Positions 37,602 through 52,854 of a stretch of 64,000 bases of DNA are shown here, in pieces; position 1 is the stretch's first letter; every line of letters begins with the position of its first letter. The notes under the pieces are model-generated. The model was not told the origin of the DNA, did not search any database, and worked only from the letters and a program-made list of their open reading frames with translations. The position numbers and the translations under genes are program-made. The DNA comes from Octopus sinensis (Eukaryota): positions 8,494,001 through 8,558,000 of the forward strand of contig NC_042997.1 in the NCBI RefSeq assembly GCF_006345805.1, given 5' to 3'.

Positions 37602-38770
37602 CATCATCATCAACATCATTATCATCATAATCATCATTTAATGTCTATTTTATATGTTGGTACGGGTTGGATAGCTTGGCAGGAACTGACAAGGCCAGGG
37701 GCCTCACAAGGTTCCATAGTCTGTTTCGGTTTAATTTCTACATCTGGATGCCCTTCCTAACACCAACCACTTTACTGAGTGTACTGGATGCATTTTACAT
37801 AGAACCAGCGTCATTGATTTTTACATGTCATCAGCACCGACACCAATGCTTTTTTTACATGGCACCTTGGATTTAGAATATTGATTCTGTTGTGGCAGTT
37901 AGGTCTTCTTGAGTACAGCAATGTGTCTCATATCTCAGTCCTCTGTCATCTCCTTCATAAGGTTCAGTGTTTTCAGATCAGCCTTCAGTACCATGTCCCC
38001 TCTCTTCCTGGGGTCTCCCTCTGCCATAACTTCTTCCCACTTTAAGTAATTGGCATGGGACAAATAAATACTCATTTATTTTGTTATTTCTAACAATCAT
38101 GTTGGCACACTGTCTTGCCAGGTTCAGCCGCTTAAATCGTCCACAGCACTAATTCTGAGTTTTGTACATATTCTATCATTCTCCGTTCTGCTGAACCATT
38201 AAATTACAAGGCTGTAGACATATCAATACAAAGACAAATACAAAGCCCCTGACACACACACACGTACGAACATAATCACGAACACACACACACACACACA
38301 CGCATGCACGCACGCACACACACACACATGCTGTTTATTTGTTTACATGTTGTTTACCCATAACTTAGCTGTTCAGCAGAAAATACTGATAGAATAAGTA
38401 CTTTAGTACTTATTCCATCAGATTAACTTTTCTCTCAAGATGCTTATACTCTGTTGAACATGCATACTGACATTGTACCTCTAGTGAAGCATACTGGCTT
38501 CATTTCTTTTAAACCTGTGCATGTCCTCAGCTTTACAGCACATGCTTCACTACCATGCAGCATAGATGTTCCCACACAGGCATCAAACAATTTGCCTTTC
38601 ACTTTCAGAGAGAGGCCCTTTGATGCCAGCAGAGGTAGGAGCTCTCTGAACTTTACCCAGATTAATCTTATTCTCACAGCTAGGCTCTTGGAGCATCTAC
38701 TTCCACTACTAAATTGGTCACCTAGATAACAGAAGCTAACTCCTACCTCTAGCTTGTCCCCACCCCTAAC
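37602..38770 (-). mobile_element. RTE LINE 3' portion interrupted by unrelated sequence (~38050-38415)
   Basis: RIRLIWVKFRELLPLLASKGLSLKVKGKLFDACVGTSMLHGSE. CAT tail at 37602. Confidence 0.88.
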
Positions 38771-38805
38771 CTAATCTTATTATCACAGCTATATATATTA
38801 TACAA

Positions 38806-39140
38806 GGCACAGGAGTGACTGTGTAGTAAGGAACTTACTTCCCAATCAGTCCCACTGTGTAGCACCTAGAACAATCAAGTGTCTCCAACTTTAACCTCAG
38901 GCCAACCAAAGCCTTGTGAGTGGATTTAGTAGATAGATTTGTGTGTCTGTGTTTGTCTCCCAACCATCACTTGACAACCAATGTTAGTGTGTTTACGTCC
39001 CTGTAACCTAGCTATTCAGCAAAAGACATCGATGGAATAAGTACTAGGCTTACAAAGAATTAGTCCTGAGTTTGATTTTTTCAACTAAAAGCAGTGCTCC
39101 AGCATGGCTGCAGTCACATGACTAAAACAAGTAAAAGAGT
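38806..39140 (+). mobile_element. SINE type A, degenerate
   Basis: ggcacaggagtgactgtgt..ccaaagccttgtgagtggattt..ctccagcatggctgcagtc. Confidence 0.88.
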
Positions 39141-40166
39141 ATAATACAACTACTTCCATCATTACTTAGGTTCCATACAGTTTTATCTACTAATCTTCCT
39201 GATTCATCTCAGCAAATCATAGATCTTATATATTACAAATACACACATTTATTTATTTACACATCAAGTATACTTAAAATTAGTTTCATATCAGTCTACT
39301 AGAATCTCACTGCACCATTTTTATTCCATACACCAAGTACAAAAATTCTGAGTTCCTAGCAACTCCTTTCTTACATATAGAACAAGACTGCTGTGCAAAT
39401 ATTATGTAGCTATTGTATTGTATTTTACTAGCTATTGTATAGTATTTTGATCATTTTCATATTAATGTATACATCTTTTAATTATACAACCCTTCAAGCT
39501 TTGCAAAATCTTTACAGCCATTTTCTGCAAATTCTGAAAGAAAAACAATCATGAAATTTGCATATGATTATTAGAAGAATATTCACACTTCAATTTTTTA
39601 TTTTGCTATCTCAAAACTACAATAAACAGAAGGGATGAAGAATAAAACAAAAGCGGGCAATTTCTCACTAAATTCTTAATAGAACTAATTGCCAGTCTTC
39701 ATTTACATTAACAACAAACAAACCTTTTTATCTCCCCCCAACATTTCACCTTACCTACCAATCTATAGGGAATAAGATACCCTCTCATGCATTCTCTAGA
39801 TCAACAAATTTATTATAGAGATATTTGCTTTCAGTTGAGAACTTTTGTTGCCATTAACTTACAAGAATTACAGTGGACGTTATACTACATTCTAATAAAA
39901 ATTGAAACTGCATCATATTCAGATTCTTTCTCACAGTCCATTATAGAAACTGGTGTCACATCTCCACATAACTTCTCTCTAATTAATACATGTCTTTTTT
40001 TTGTTTTCATATACTTGATTGCTTCATTAACAAAGTTTCTGTTAACATCTGGTAACTCTGTTCATTAACAGAAAGTGGGCTCCGAATAATATCCCATTCA
40101 TATTTTTTCATTTAATAATTTTTTATTGCAATAACTCCACGGCACTTACCATTAACAGAAACTTAC

Positions 40167-40272
40167 TTGTCCAAGATCCTAAGTTAACTATTATATATTG
40201 CCACAGAATGTACAGATGTGCAAAGCAGCTCAAGCAGCGCCTATTGTTCATTATATTTTTTTTTGCAATTAG
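40167..40272 (-). CDS. Candidate exon with ATG (40251) and hydrophobic N-terminus
   Basis: cttacag| acceptor; MNNRRCLSCFAHLYILWQYIIVNLGSWT; two tandem GTAAGT donors (after 40167 and 40150). Confidence 0.22.
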
Positions 40273-40294
40273 CTGTAAGCCACTCACAACTCTC

Positions 40295-40331
<37 letters not shown>

Positions 40332-40482
40332 ATGTAAACATTCCTGACAAGCTGGTAAATGATAGGTAAAGCAAGTCAGGTTTTCTTCAGTTCGTTCTTC
40401 AAACTAAGCTTTGAATAATTTAAGCATGGGGTTGTATTTGCACTGTGAGGTTAAATATTTCTTAATTAAATGTTTACATATG

Positions 40483-40878
40483 GCAGAGTAGTGCCTGTGT
40501 GGTAAGTAGCTTGCTTACAAACCACATGGTTATGGGTTCAGTCCCACTGCATAGCACCTTGGGCAAGTGTCTTCCACTATAGCTTTGGGCCGACCAAAGC
40601 CTTGGTAGATGGAAACTGAAAGAAGCCCGTCATATATATGTGTATATATATATATATGTATGTATGTGTGAGTATATGTTTGTGTGCCTGTCTTTGTCCC
40701 CCCAACATTGCTTCACAACTGATGCTGGTGCATTTAGGTCCCCGTAACTTAGCGGTTCAGCAAAAGAGACCGATAGAATAAGTACTAGGCTTACAAAGAA
40801 TAAGCCCTGGGGTCGATTTGCTCAATCAACTAAAGGCGGTGCTCCAGCATGACTGAAACAAGTAAAAGAGTAGAGAGT
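40483..40878 (+). mobile_element. SINE type A
   Basis: Matches the consensus with small deletions. Confidence 0.93.
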
Positions 40879-41159
40879 ATATACATTTCCCTACAATCTA
40901 CTGTAGTGATACTCTTGTGTTTTTCTCCATCACAACATATGAATGAGAAAGGAAAGGGCAATAGATGAATAAAAAAGGAAGGGGTGATAGCAAACTGGTG
41001 GGATAGTTAACATTCAACACTAGAAAAGAAAAATCAAACAGTGTTTCAACTCTGTGTGAGTATATGTGTGTATGTGTGTGTGTGTACAAGGGAAATATGT
41101 GAATGTATGTGAACATTGACAAGTATATTAATTTGATTTACCATCCATATTTATATATA

Positions 41160-41570
41160 GGCACAGGAGTGGCTGTGTGGTAAGTGGCTTGCTAACCAAC
41201 CACATGGTTCCGGGTTCAGTCCCACTGCGTGGCATCTTGGGCAAGTGTCTTCTGCTATAGCCCCGAGCCGACCAATGCCTTGTGAGTGGATTTGGTAGAT
41301 GAAAACTGAAAGAAGCCTGTCGTATATATGTATATATATATATGTATGTGTGTGTGTGTTTGTGTGTCTGTGTTTGTTCCCCTAGCATTGCTTGACAACC
41401 GATGCTGGTGTGTTTACATCCCCGTCACTTAGCGGTTCAGCAAAAGAGACCGATAGAATAAGTACTGGGCTTACAAAGAATAAGTCCCGGGGTCGATTTG
41501 CTCGACTAAAGGCAGTGCTCCAGCATGGCTGCAGTCGAATGACTGAAACAAGTAAAAGAGTAAAAGAGTA
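41160..41570 (+). mobile_element. SINE type A (young subfamily)
   Basis: Near identical to the 54873 and 57010 copies. Confidence 0.95.
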
Positions 41571-42034
41571 TATAAAATACAACAATTAGCCATCAATTTT
41601 GACAGCCCAGCTAGTTTACCTATAAACACAGACACATACAAGTATATATTTATCATCATCCAATGTCTGTCTTCTTTGCTGGTATTGATTGGGTGGTACG
41701 TTATGATCCAATAAGCCAGAGAATTGCACCATGCTTCAACATCTGCTTTGGCATGGTTTCCATACAAGGGTGAATAGAAGAGACTGCAGGGACAGAACAT
41801 GAAGAAGGGTGGATGGATAAAGATTGTAAGAGTATTGGAGGCAAGTGAGAGATGGTAATAACTGGGGTTACAGATAGATGTAGTGAATGGTGAAAGGAGT
41901 AAGGTGTGATTGATGGTAAATATAAGTTGTGGGAAGATAATAAGAATGACGGATGGATGTCAGTGAAGTGACTTGGAAACGGCTAAGGGTTGGAAAAGCT
42001 TCTAGCCATAGAAAATCCACCTCAAGGAATTCCT

Positions 42035-42262
42035 ATTTCTTCACTACCCACAAGGGGCTAAACACAGAGGGGACAAGCAAGGACAGATAAATGGATTAAG
42101 TCGATTAGATCAACCCCAGTGCGTAACTGGTACTTAATTTATCGACCCAAAAGTATTAAAGGCAAAGTTGACCTCAGCGGAATTTGAACACAGAATGTAA
42201 TGGCAGACGAAATATGGCTACGCATTTTGCCCGGTTTGCTAACATTTCTGCCAGCTCGCCAT
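42035..42262 (-). mobile_element. SINE type B inserted in an RTE-type tail
   Basis: TSD atcYacctcaaggaattcc on both sides. Confidence 0.92.
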
Positions 42263-42384
42263 CTTATCTACCTCAAGGAATTCCATTTGGCTGTTGCAAG
42301 CATGAAAATGTGGAGGTAAGAACAGTAATGGTGGTAGTGGTGATGGTGTTATCTTTCTTTTATTGTTTCCTTGTTTCTGTCATT

Positions 42385-42590
42385 GTGTGTCTGTGTTTGT
42401 CCCCCCAACATCGCTTGACAACCAATGCTGGTGTGTTTACATCCCCGTAACTTAGCAGTTCGGCAAAAGAAACTGATAGAATAAGTACTAAGCTTACAAA
42501 GAATAAGTCCCGGAGTCGATTTGCTCAACTAAAGGTGGTGCACCAGCATGGCCACTGTCACATGACTGAAACAAGTAAAGAGTAAAAGTG
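42385..42590 (+). mobile_element. SINE type A 3' half
   Basis: gtgtgtctgtgtttgtccccc..gactgaaacaagtaaagag. Confidence 0.9.
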
Positions 42591-42864
42591 TAAGTCTTTT
42601 CAGTTTTATTCTTGACAAAAGAGGAAAACTGAGAAAAATATTGATAAAGATTGATCTTAAGAAAACCTGATAAAGGAGGTGACAAAGGATTGCATTGAGA
42701 GACCTTTTCCTTTAGAAAATCCACCAAAACCTTACATGCATGGGAACATGGATATAAAATATTTATGATGATATGCATACATTCATTCACATATTCATCC
42801 ATACATAATAGTATATACATGCATATATGCATAAGTACTCATATATACATATACATACACACAT

Positions 42865-42878
42865 AGATATATATAGAT

Positions 42879-42967
<89 letters not shown>

Positions 42968-43010
42968 CAGATAGATAGACAGATAGATAGATATAGATAT
43001 ATAGATATAT
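42865..43010. repeat. (GATA)n microsatellite
   Basis: Directly visible. Confidence 0.97.
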
Positions 43011-44399
43011 ATATGCATACACATACACATATACATCTATTTTTCTATGCTTGCAAGGTTTGGATAGGACATTTACAGGAGTAGATCATGGACACTGTTG
43101 CATTCTTTTGACATCTCCTTTATAAGACTCTCCTGTGATCAGTCTTACCTTTTTCTTACCTTCTTCTATAGGTTCCTTCTACTATGTTTGTATGGTATTT
43201 CTGTAGCATCCTCCATACACATTATATGATTGTACTAGCGAGTCCATTAAAGCATAGAAAAGCAAGTGTTGATCTTGTATGTCTATAGAAATTAGTGTTC
43301 TATATCTTTTGTCCATATGCAATTAATTTCTGTCTCCACACCACAGATCTTCTCCTCTCAAAACCCATGTCACACTATATTCATACAGTTGTGCTTCAAA
43401 TGCTTCATTCTTATAGTTTGGTTTTTACAGAGCAACAGAAACTGTTTGTCGCCAAGAGAAGAAACATTTCCCTAAACTTATAACATTTTCTTAAACCATG
43501 CAACCTCAAATACATTAGTGAACATTAATAAAAATACATAGCTTACATAAAATAGCTTACACAAAATAAATAAGATGCATATAGCTGCATATATAAATAA
43601 AAATATATTTCGTTTTACTGTAAAGACAAAATAGCTTTGGGTTAATGTTGTTTTTTTTCTGTTCTCATGAATTAAGCATTTTTATCTTTTTGTTCTTGTT
43701 TTCCTGTTGTTTTGAAATTCTTTTTGGAGAATTGAAGCAGAAGTGGCCAAGTCATCAATCTTGATTAGTACACTGTATAAGCTCAACTATATTGATATAT
43801 GTTAGTCTACAGTGCTTAAATTTTACTGAGTGTAACCACCCAAAGCAACTTATTCACATGCTACAGCAAGGAACAAACATAATTTTAGTAAAAGAAAGTT
43901 CTTCATTTTCAAAATTTATCACTTTTATACATTTCATTCATAAGTATATGTGACTTGAAATTTATTCCCAAAATAACCGACGATAAAAGAAACACATGAT
44001 AATAATAATATTTGTGGTACTGAATACGATTATCATTTGTTTCAGAATTTTGCTTTTTGTACTCATGTGGTTTTAGTTTCTATTCCACTGCCCAGTACCA
44101 CATAATTTTGGGTGGACTATTGTCTGACAGGTAAAATTAACTAGAAGGAAATTATGCTAAGGTCTGTAGTGTATATGTAACAACTCTTAATTGTGGTGCT
44201 ATAACATAGCTGCAGTCTAATATCTGAAACCAGTAAAAGGAAATAATGGGAAATAAAAAAAATATAAAATTATCGGGATGATGACAAAGTTAGGGGTGCA
44301 AAGACTTGGAAGTGAAAAAAAAATGTCTAAACACAGTATTATCAGAATTCTTTTGTCAGTGTTCCTCACTTATGCATTCTGAAAACATTAGTCATGAGT

Positions 44400-44535
44400 A
44401 ATAATAACAAGCAGTTGCCATCAAACATATATGAATAAATGAAGAATACTTCTGAATATACAAACATATGTGGGAATTATGAGAAATAAAATCCATCCCC
44501 ATCAGAAGAGGAATATTCCAAGCGGATCCCTATCT
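44400..44535 (+). mobile_element. Short non-LTR RT relic (R4/Dong-like)
   Basis: YMNK*RILLNIQT.. then SIPIRRGIFQADP, resembling the RT motif I.RGIFQGD. Confidence 0.55.
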
Positions 44536-44724
44536 TCAATGGTACAATGAAAAAAAAAAGAAGTGTCCTCTAATGTTTATTGGACTCTATGTTGAAATAT
44601 GTGAACTTTATGGTACCTACAGGTAATAACAAATATGACGGAAAGTGATCAAGCAAAACATATTCAGTTATTACAGAACATCTCATATTATGTCTGTCAA
44701 TAAGGAAACAACGGTATTTTTTGA

Positions 44725-44940
44725 ATTGTTAGCATGCTGTGCGAAATGCTTAGCGGTATTTCGTCTGCCGCTATGTTCTCAGTTCAAATTCCGCCGAGGT
44801 CGACTTTGCCTTTCATCCTTTCGGGGTCGATTAAATAAGTACCAGTTACGCACTGGGGTGATATAATTGACTTAATCCGTTTGTCTGTTCTTGTTTGTCC
44901 CCTCTGTGTTTAGCCCCTTGTGGGTAGTAAAGAAATAGGT
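44725..44940 (+). mobile_element. SINE type B, 5'-truncated
   Basis: Matches the type B consensus. Confidence 0.92.
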
Positions 44941-45409
44941 ATTTTTTAGAGCAAACACAGCAGATGATCATCACAACATTACTAAACTGGAATTCAAAAT
45001 ATTTGTTAAGTATGAGGAATTTAGAATAATTGAAAGACAATGGTCTTGCAAATCTAATAAGCGTGGCAGCACAAGGCTCCATATTTCCTATTCCACATGA
45101 AATTTATCCTTTACAATGGTAATCACAACCACATAAGATTCATACATAATAGGTAAATAAACAAATCTTTATTATTAGCTTTCTACTGAGATGTAGCAAT
45201 AGAGTGGTTGGGTTGCCACAGTACTTGAATTAAGAAGGAGTTCAACTTTCCAGAGTCCAGGTATAATTGTTTTTTACTGTTGTTTAGACCAAATCCAACT
45301 TGAACAAGTAGACTAGTTTCAGCTGAAACTTTTACATTTTCATTTCTTTTTTTCTTCTTTTGCAGATACCATCCGTCAATATACATTATTCAATATACCT
45401 TTCCTTTAA

Positions 45410-45805
45410 GGTAGCACGCAGGCAGAAATGCTAGCACACCAGGCAAAATGTGTAGCCGTATTTCGTCTGCCGTTACATTCTGGGTTCAAATTCCACTGAG
45501 GTCGACTTTGCCTTTCATCCTTTCAGGGTTGATTAAATAAGTACCAGTTATGCACTGGGGTCGATATAATCGACTTAATCTGTTTGTCTGTCCTTGTTTG
45601 TTCTCTGTGTGTTTAGCCCCTTGTGGGTAGTAAAGAAATAGGTATTTGGTCTGCCTTTACATTCTGAGTTCAAATTCCGCCAAGGTTGATATTGCCTTTC
45701 ATCCTTTTGGAGTCAATAAATTAAATACCAGATGTGTACTGGGTCGATCTAATTGACTGACCCCCTCCCCCAAAATTTCAGGCCTCAAGCCTAGAGTAGA
45801 AAAGA
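45410..45805 (+). mobile_element. Dimeric SINE type B
   Basis: A full unit then a second partial unit with a different tail. Flanked by aatataccttt-ccttta / aatatgtcctt-ccttta. Confidence 0.88.
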
Positions 45806-46502
45806 ATATGTCCTTCCTTTACAATGGTGGGATGCAATTTGAGAGATATTAAGCTGCTATTTTTGGCAGGCTAAGTAATCACATAGAAGCTACCTTGCTT
45901 GTTCAACCAAGTGATAGTAAAAATTTTGTCTATTGAACATAAGAGATCAATGATGTATTGAGAATATGCTATTATGCTTGTTACAATGGCACAGTATGTT
46001 TTTTAAAAAAAAAATGCAAATAAAGAAAATCTACGTTACATAATCATAATTAATACAGTAGAGTGACAGAAATAGCAAAGGTCTTGACCAAAACATTTCC
46101 ATATTTAGTTCCCTATATAAACATTCTGAATACTAAGCTGATGCAAGCTTTTAACCCAGAGTCGATAAAATGTTTTGGGGTTGCTTTCAATGCCTGTTTC
46201 TTTGTAGTTGAAAATTTCATTGTACCAATAAACATATAAGATGAAAAAAAAAAAAAAATCAATATAAGCTATTATTGTTTCGTTGTCTATACACATCAAC
46301 CAGGTAAACATTCACAAACGTTTTACAAACAATTAATATAAAAAGAAGCGAAGAAAGTCGTTGAAATTGATATACAAATTCATTACTTACAAACCATGTG
46401 TTCAGGCTCCTACACCTTTTCCAATAAACTATTTCCTTACAATGCTTAAGCCTCCTACGTCTGCTTCTAGATACAATATGAGAGAACAGGATTAGGCATA
46501 TA

Positions 46503-46543
<41 letters not shown>

Positions 46544-47537
46544 ACGAGTTTTTATGTATGTGTACATATACATGCACACATACATACACATGCACACACA
46601 CACACACATATATATATATACGTATGAGGGTGTATACACACACACACATACATATACACCCAGGCATATACTTTCTCCAAACTGGCTTATTTCTCACGAG
46701 CTGTTTCTTCAGGTTAAATTAATTACTTTTGTGGTTTTCCACTAAAACTTTCTAATTTACCCTGTCTCCTTCTTTCACCTACAATAGATTAAAGATCTGT
46801 AATAAAATTTGCTGTTTGCAGCCTTTGTTTAAAGAGTTCTCTTTTATACTAAAGAATATATTTTCTGCAATAGAATCTTGTAATACTGTTCAAAGCAAGT
46901 TAATTTTTTTTTTGTTTTGTTTTGTTTTGTTTTTGAGCAAGAACAAGTTGAAATATTAAAGTTTTTGCATGCTTTTTGGGGTTTTCTTTAAAATTTAATA
47001 TATATAGCTTAAAAATAAAATACTTTGAAAAAAATTTTCTATTTTATTATTTGTATTTTTATTTATTTATTTATTTATTTTTGACGTGCATCTATCAGCT
47101 GCAGACATTTTTCAATCATACAAACTGAGATGATAAACTTATTGGTGTTTTGTAAAAGTAAAGAAGTAAACTATAGCTGGTAGAATCTGTTGAAATTGAT
47201 GAACAAAGTTAATATCTTGAAACAGTAATTTCTTTTTTGCTTTTAAATTTGCTTACAGGAAGAAGGTATTTACATTTCCAAACTTTGATAATTTTGTTTG
47301 TAATATTATGGTAGTAAAAAAAACTTACTTATTTATTTTTTTCTAATCAAAAACTAGTTTCATTTAAAGGAAAAAAAAATTATTCTCATCAATGTGACAA
47401 AGGACAATTCAAAAACTTAATCGTAGTTTTCTTTATTGTGATAGTATTAATAATATTTTCAAATATAAGTAGAGGGCTAGATGTTCAGATGAGATTATAT
47501 CAACCCTATTACATATTGGTGCCTGGCATTTGCTTAA

Positions 47538-47757
47538 CCATTTTGTTACGAACCCAGCTGAAACAGGCCCTGGTTCTGAGTACAAATGTCTTGTTTTCAT
47601 AAGTTTTGAATTAAAATCTTGCACCAAACCTTAGTCACAATTTATGTTCCTAACACCAGCTGAATGATAACTATATTATTTTACTAAATTCTTTGTTGTA
47701 TTTAAAATAATTGAGAGAAACACAGAGCATTTCAACAGAAATACGGTAACGAAAGAG
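47538..47757. mobile_element. piggyBac-type MITE, copy 3 (opposite orientation)
   Basis: TTAA at 47534-37 and 47758-61. Confidence 0.9.
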
Positions 47758-48997
47758 TTAAAGAGTTGGGTTCATGAATTCAAGCTTGCATGGTTAATTC
47801 TTGGACTCAGTGGCATATGGCCTTGAGCAAGGCACTTCATAACACTCTGCTCCAGTTCTATCAAGTGAAAATGAGTACCAGCTCGGTGCTAGCTGTAGTC
47901 ATCTCTCTTTCTTCTTGATGTTCCACCAGGTGACTTGGCAGAAAGGTCAAGTGTATGTCCTTGATTGCTTGCAACTACACGCCATTAGTGAAAGCATGCT
48001 ACATGCTACCAGGTCGTATCCATGAGTAATAACTATGGTTATTCTTTTAGTTCTTGACAGATACTTTAGAGTGGCATAGAAACATTTCTCAGTGTCCAGA
48101 GGCAATGATACTTTTAGCACCCTCATTTTAATTAATGGCATGATTAGCCACAAGACATTTTGCACCTAGGGGTGACTGTCATCCCTTGCTGAACCTTTGG
48201 TGCTTTATTTTATCAATACCAGAAGAAAGTATGCCAAAATTGATATTGATGGGATTTGAAGTAAAAGCATGAAGATTCACGAGAAATGCCATGAGCTATT
48301 TTATCCATTGTTCTAATGATTCGGCCAATGCATCACCCTTGTGACAATATTAATAATGCAATGTATCACAACAATACCCAGCTATGAATTCTAACAGTTC
48401 TTAAACACTATTTACATTGTAATTCAAAGAAAGATATATTACATTACTCCAGATGCTTAACTCTCAAAACGTTTAGATGAATAATGGTTTCAGACTTACT
48501 TGATGATTAATTTTTAGCAGAAGGAATGATGTATTATAATAATATTACATTGCAGAATGAAAGATATGCAGGTATTCAAATTTGCAAAAAATCTAACTAC
48601 TACCAGTTTGTCCTTAAAACAAAGCTTTTCTAATAAGTTTGTAACTTTTCAGATTTTCTGTCATATTTTGTGTATATGCAATAGTGGTCTCATACTACAC
48701 TTTACCCATAGTTTAGATTTAAAGTTTCCCAGATCAGTTTTATTCTGGTACTATGTATATGTCCAGGATCAAAGCACTTTATAGTCCTCTTTCAAAGGGT
48801 TTCAGCCTCTAATAGTGTTCCCATTACTTTGCTATTTATTTCATTATACTTGTAAGATATAAAATTAACTGGATATTAACTTTAGGGGAAATGTTTGAGT
48901 CAGATTTGAATTTTGCAGGGTGTTTGTTTTTGGTTATTTTTATTCTTATCCAAGGCTGATATGAATGTATATTAATTTGGGCACAGCTATATGTTAT

Positions 48998-49164
48998 GTG
49001 CAGGCTTCACCATGTGGCTAAAGAATCTGGTTTAGAACGTTGTTTAGAGTCCATTTTGACTGTGTGAACACTGTTGGCAGATGTCCTCCATAAGTTGAAA
49101 TTCAATTGAAGGAAACTGTAAGAAGCCTGTTGTGTGTATGTGTGTGTGTGTATGTGTATCTAAG

Positions 49165-49227
<63 letters not shown>

Positions 49228-49430
49228 ATGTATATCTGTGTGTATTTGTAGTGTGTGTGAATATTTATGTTCATAGATACACATATGTACATATATAAAC
49301 ACAACAGGTTTCTTACAGTTTCCATCCATTGAATTTCAACTTATGATTATAGACAAAGGACACCAGCCAATAGTGTCCACACAATGGAAATGAACTCTAA
49401 ACAAAGTTCCAAACCAAATTTTTATGCCAA
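48998..49430. repeat. Inverted pair of SINE-A-like 5' halves around a (TG)n tract
   Basis: cataagttgaaattcaattgaaggaaactgtaagaagcctgttgtgt versus acacaacaggtttcttacagtttccatccattgaatttcaacttatg. Confidence 0.85.
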
Positions 49431-49724
49431 GTTATTTATTAAAAGAATGCAACATAAACTGAAGGATTAAGTAATAATTTTTAATAGAGTACACATTTAT
49501 TACCAGTAATTTCAAGGTTTCAGCCTGTTTGCCTTTATCGGACAGTCTAATGCATTTGAGCAGGCTGGAACTTCCAGGTCAGTGTCAGCCTATACACTGT
49601 AAAAGTTATTACATACACACTGATTTAAATTTTAAATTTTACTGCAAATAACCAGTATTTGGAACAGGATTTCTATTCTTATCCATGTATATTCCTGTAT
49701 GTCTGAGGAAAATCATGATGTTAA

Positions 49725-51170
<1,446 letters not shown>

Positions 51171-51636
51171 GTCAACAGAACACATATGCAATAGCAAATG
51201 GCCAATCATTTCCTAACTCGACAACGGTGGCATAGAGATTGAAGTGTTGAAATAAAATACTATCTTAGTCATGAATACTAATGTCTGTCTGCCGCCAATG
51301 GAAATCAAAGAATTCTCCTATCTAGTCTTTAACAATTTTGAGCCCACCTGTTGCTGCAACATATAGCTTTTATTTATTTATTCTTTTTACATTAGAATTT
51401 TATGTATATCTACGTCTGTTATCATCTTCAATGATATCCTTATCGTCACCATCATTTCCATTATCACTGTGGCCTTCCTTATTATTGATTTAATTATCAT
51501 CAACACGATCATGCATTAGTGTGTGTACATACGTTTCGGCTTTATGTGGATGTAGACGTGTCTGATATATATGTGAAAATGGTACTTCTACGTGCCTCTC
51601 TGTATATTTCTTATATATATATGTATATATATATAT

Positions 51637-51670
<34 letters not shown>

Positions 51671-51904
51671 ATCTTTTTACTCCTAAATGTTTGTGTGTGT
51701 GTGTGCGTGCATGCATGCATAGACATTAATTGTTTTGTATCTACCTGCATTAAACCTCATCACAAAAAAGAAGTGGATTACAATACTCAACACTTCATCA
51801 TTATCATCGTCATCGTCATCGTTGTCATTATCATCATCGTCATCATCGTCATCATCAGTTTTTGTATCAGAACAAAAGTATATGTATATAACTGTAGCTA
51901 TATA

Positions 51905-52206
51905 ACCGGCACTCCATCGCTCACGACAACAAGAGTTTCATTTGATCCAATCAACAGAACAACAGTCTGCTCATGAAATTAATGTACAAGTGGCTAAGTA
52001 CCCCACAGGCATACATACCCTTAGTGTTCTCGGGGAGAGTCAGCATCACACAGAATGTGATAACCCCTAACCCTTCGAAACACACGTACAACTTATTTTT
52101 GGTAGCTGAGTAAACCAGTGTCTTGCTAAAGGACACAACATGCCCTCACGAATCGAAGGCATGACCTTACAGTCGTGGACAGAAGACCCTAACCATTAAG
52201 TCGTGC
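51905..52206 (-). mobile_element. SINE with D-like head and C-type tail
   Basis: Reverse-complement head taatggttagggt..ttcgattc..ttgtgtcctttagcaagacac. Tail matches 52485-52580. Confidence 0.8.
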
Positions 52207-52275
52207 AACATCACTATAAATGCATTGGCTTAGAAATGCATATACGAGTTTTTAGTATGTGTCTGTGTATATGTG

Positions 52276-52780
52276 GAGGTGCAATGGCCCAGTGGTTAGG
52301 GCAGCAGACTCGCAGTCGTAGGATTGCGGTTTCGATTCCAAGACCAGGCATTCTGAGAGTTTATTGAGCGAAAACACCTAAAGCTCCATGAGAGTCCGGC
52401 AAGGGGTGGTGAACCCTGCTGTACTCTTTCACCACAACTTTCTCTCCCTCTTTTTTCCTGTTTCTGTTGTACCTGTATTTCAAAGGGCCAGCCTTGTCAC
52501 ACTCTGTGTCATGCTGAATCTCCCCAAGAACTACGTTAAGGGTACACATGTCTGTGGAGTGCTCTGCCACTTACAGATTAATAAGTGAGCTGTGACATCA
52601 CTGGTGCCAAGATGTATCAGCCTTTGCTTTTCCCTTTGATAACATCTTTGGCGTGGAAAGGGGAGGCTGGTATGCGTGGGCGACTGCTGGTCTTCCAAAA
52701 ACAACCTTGCCCAGACTTGTGCCTTGGAGGGTAACTTTCTAGGTGCAATTCTATGGTCATTTGTGACCGAAGGGGGTCAC
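52276..52780 (+). mobile_element. tRNA-derived SINE type C (probably OR-type, tRNA-Arg-like) fused to a type D 3' half
   Basis: tggcccagtggttagggcagcagactcgc..ggtttcgattcc. 52587-52780 matches 56770-56990. Confidence 0.85.
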
Positions 52781-52854
52781 AAATGTGCATATATTGTTGC
52801 TATTATGTCCAAATTTGGTCAAATGTGTTTTTTACAATATTTATTTTTACTTGA

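Noticed and set aside
46761-46778. 18-nt minus-strand microexon candidate (VKEGDR)
   Set aside because: Moderate splice sites of this kind arise often by chance in AT-rich DNA. No supporting context.
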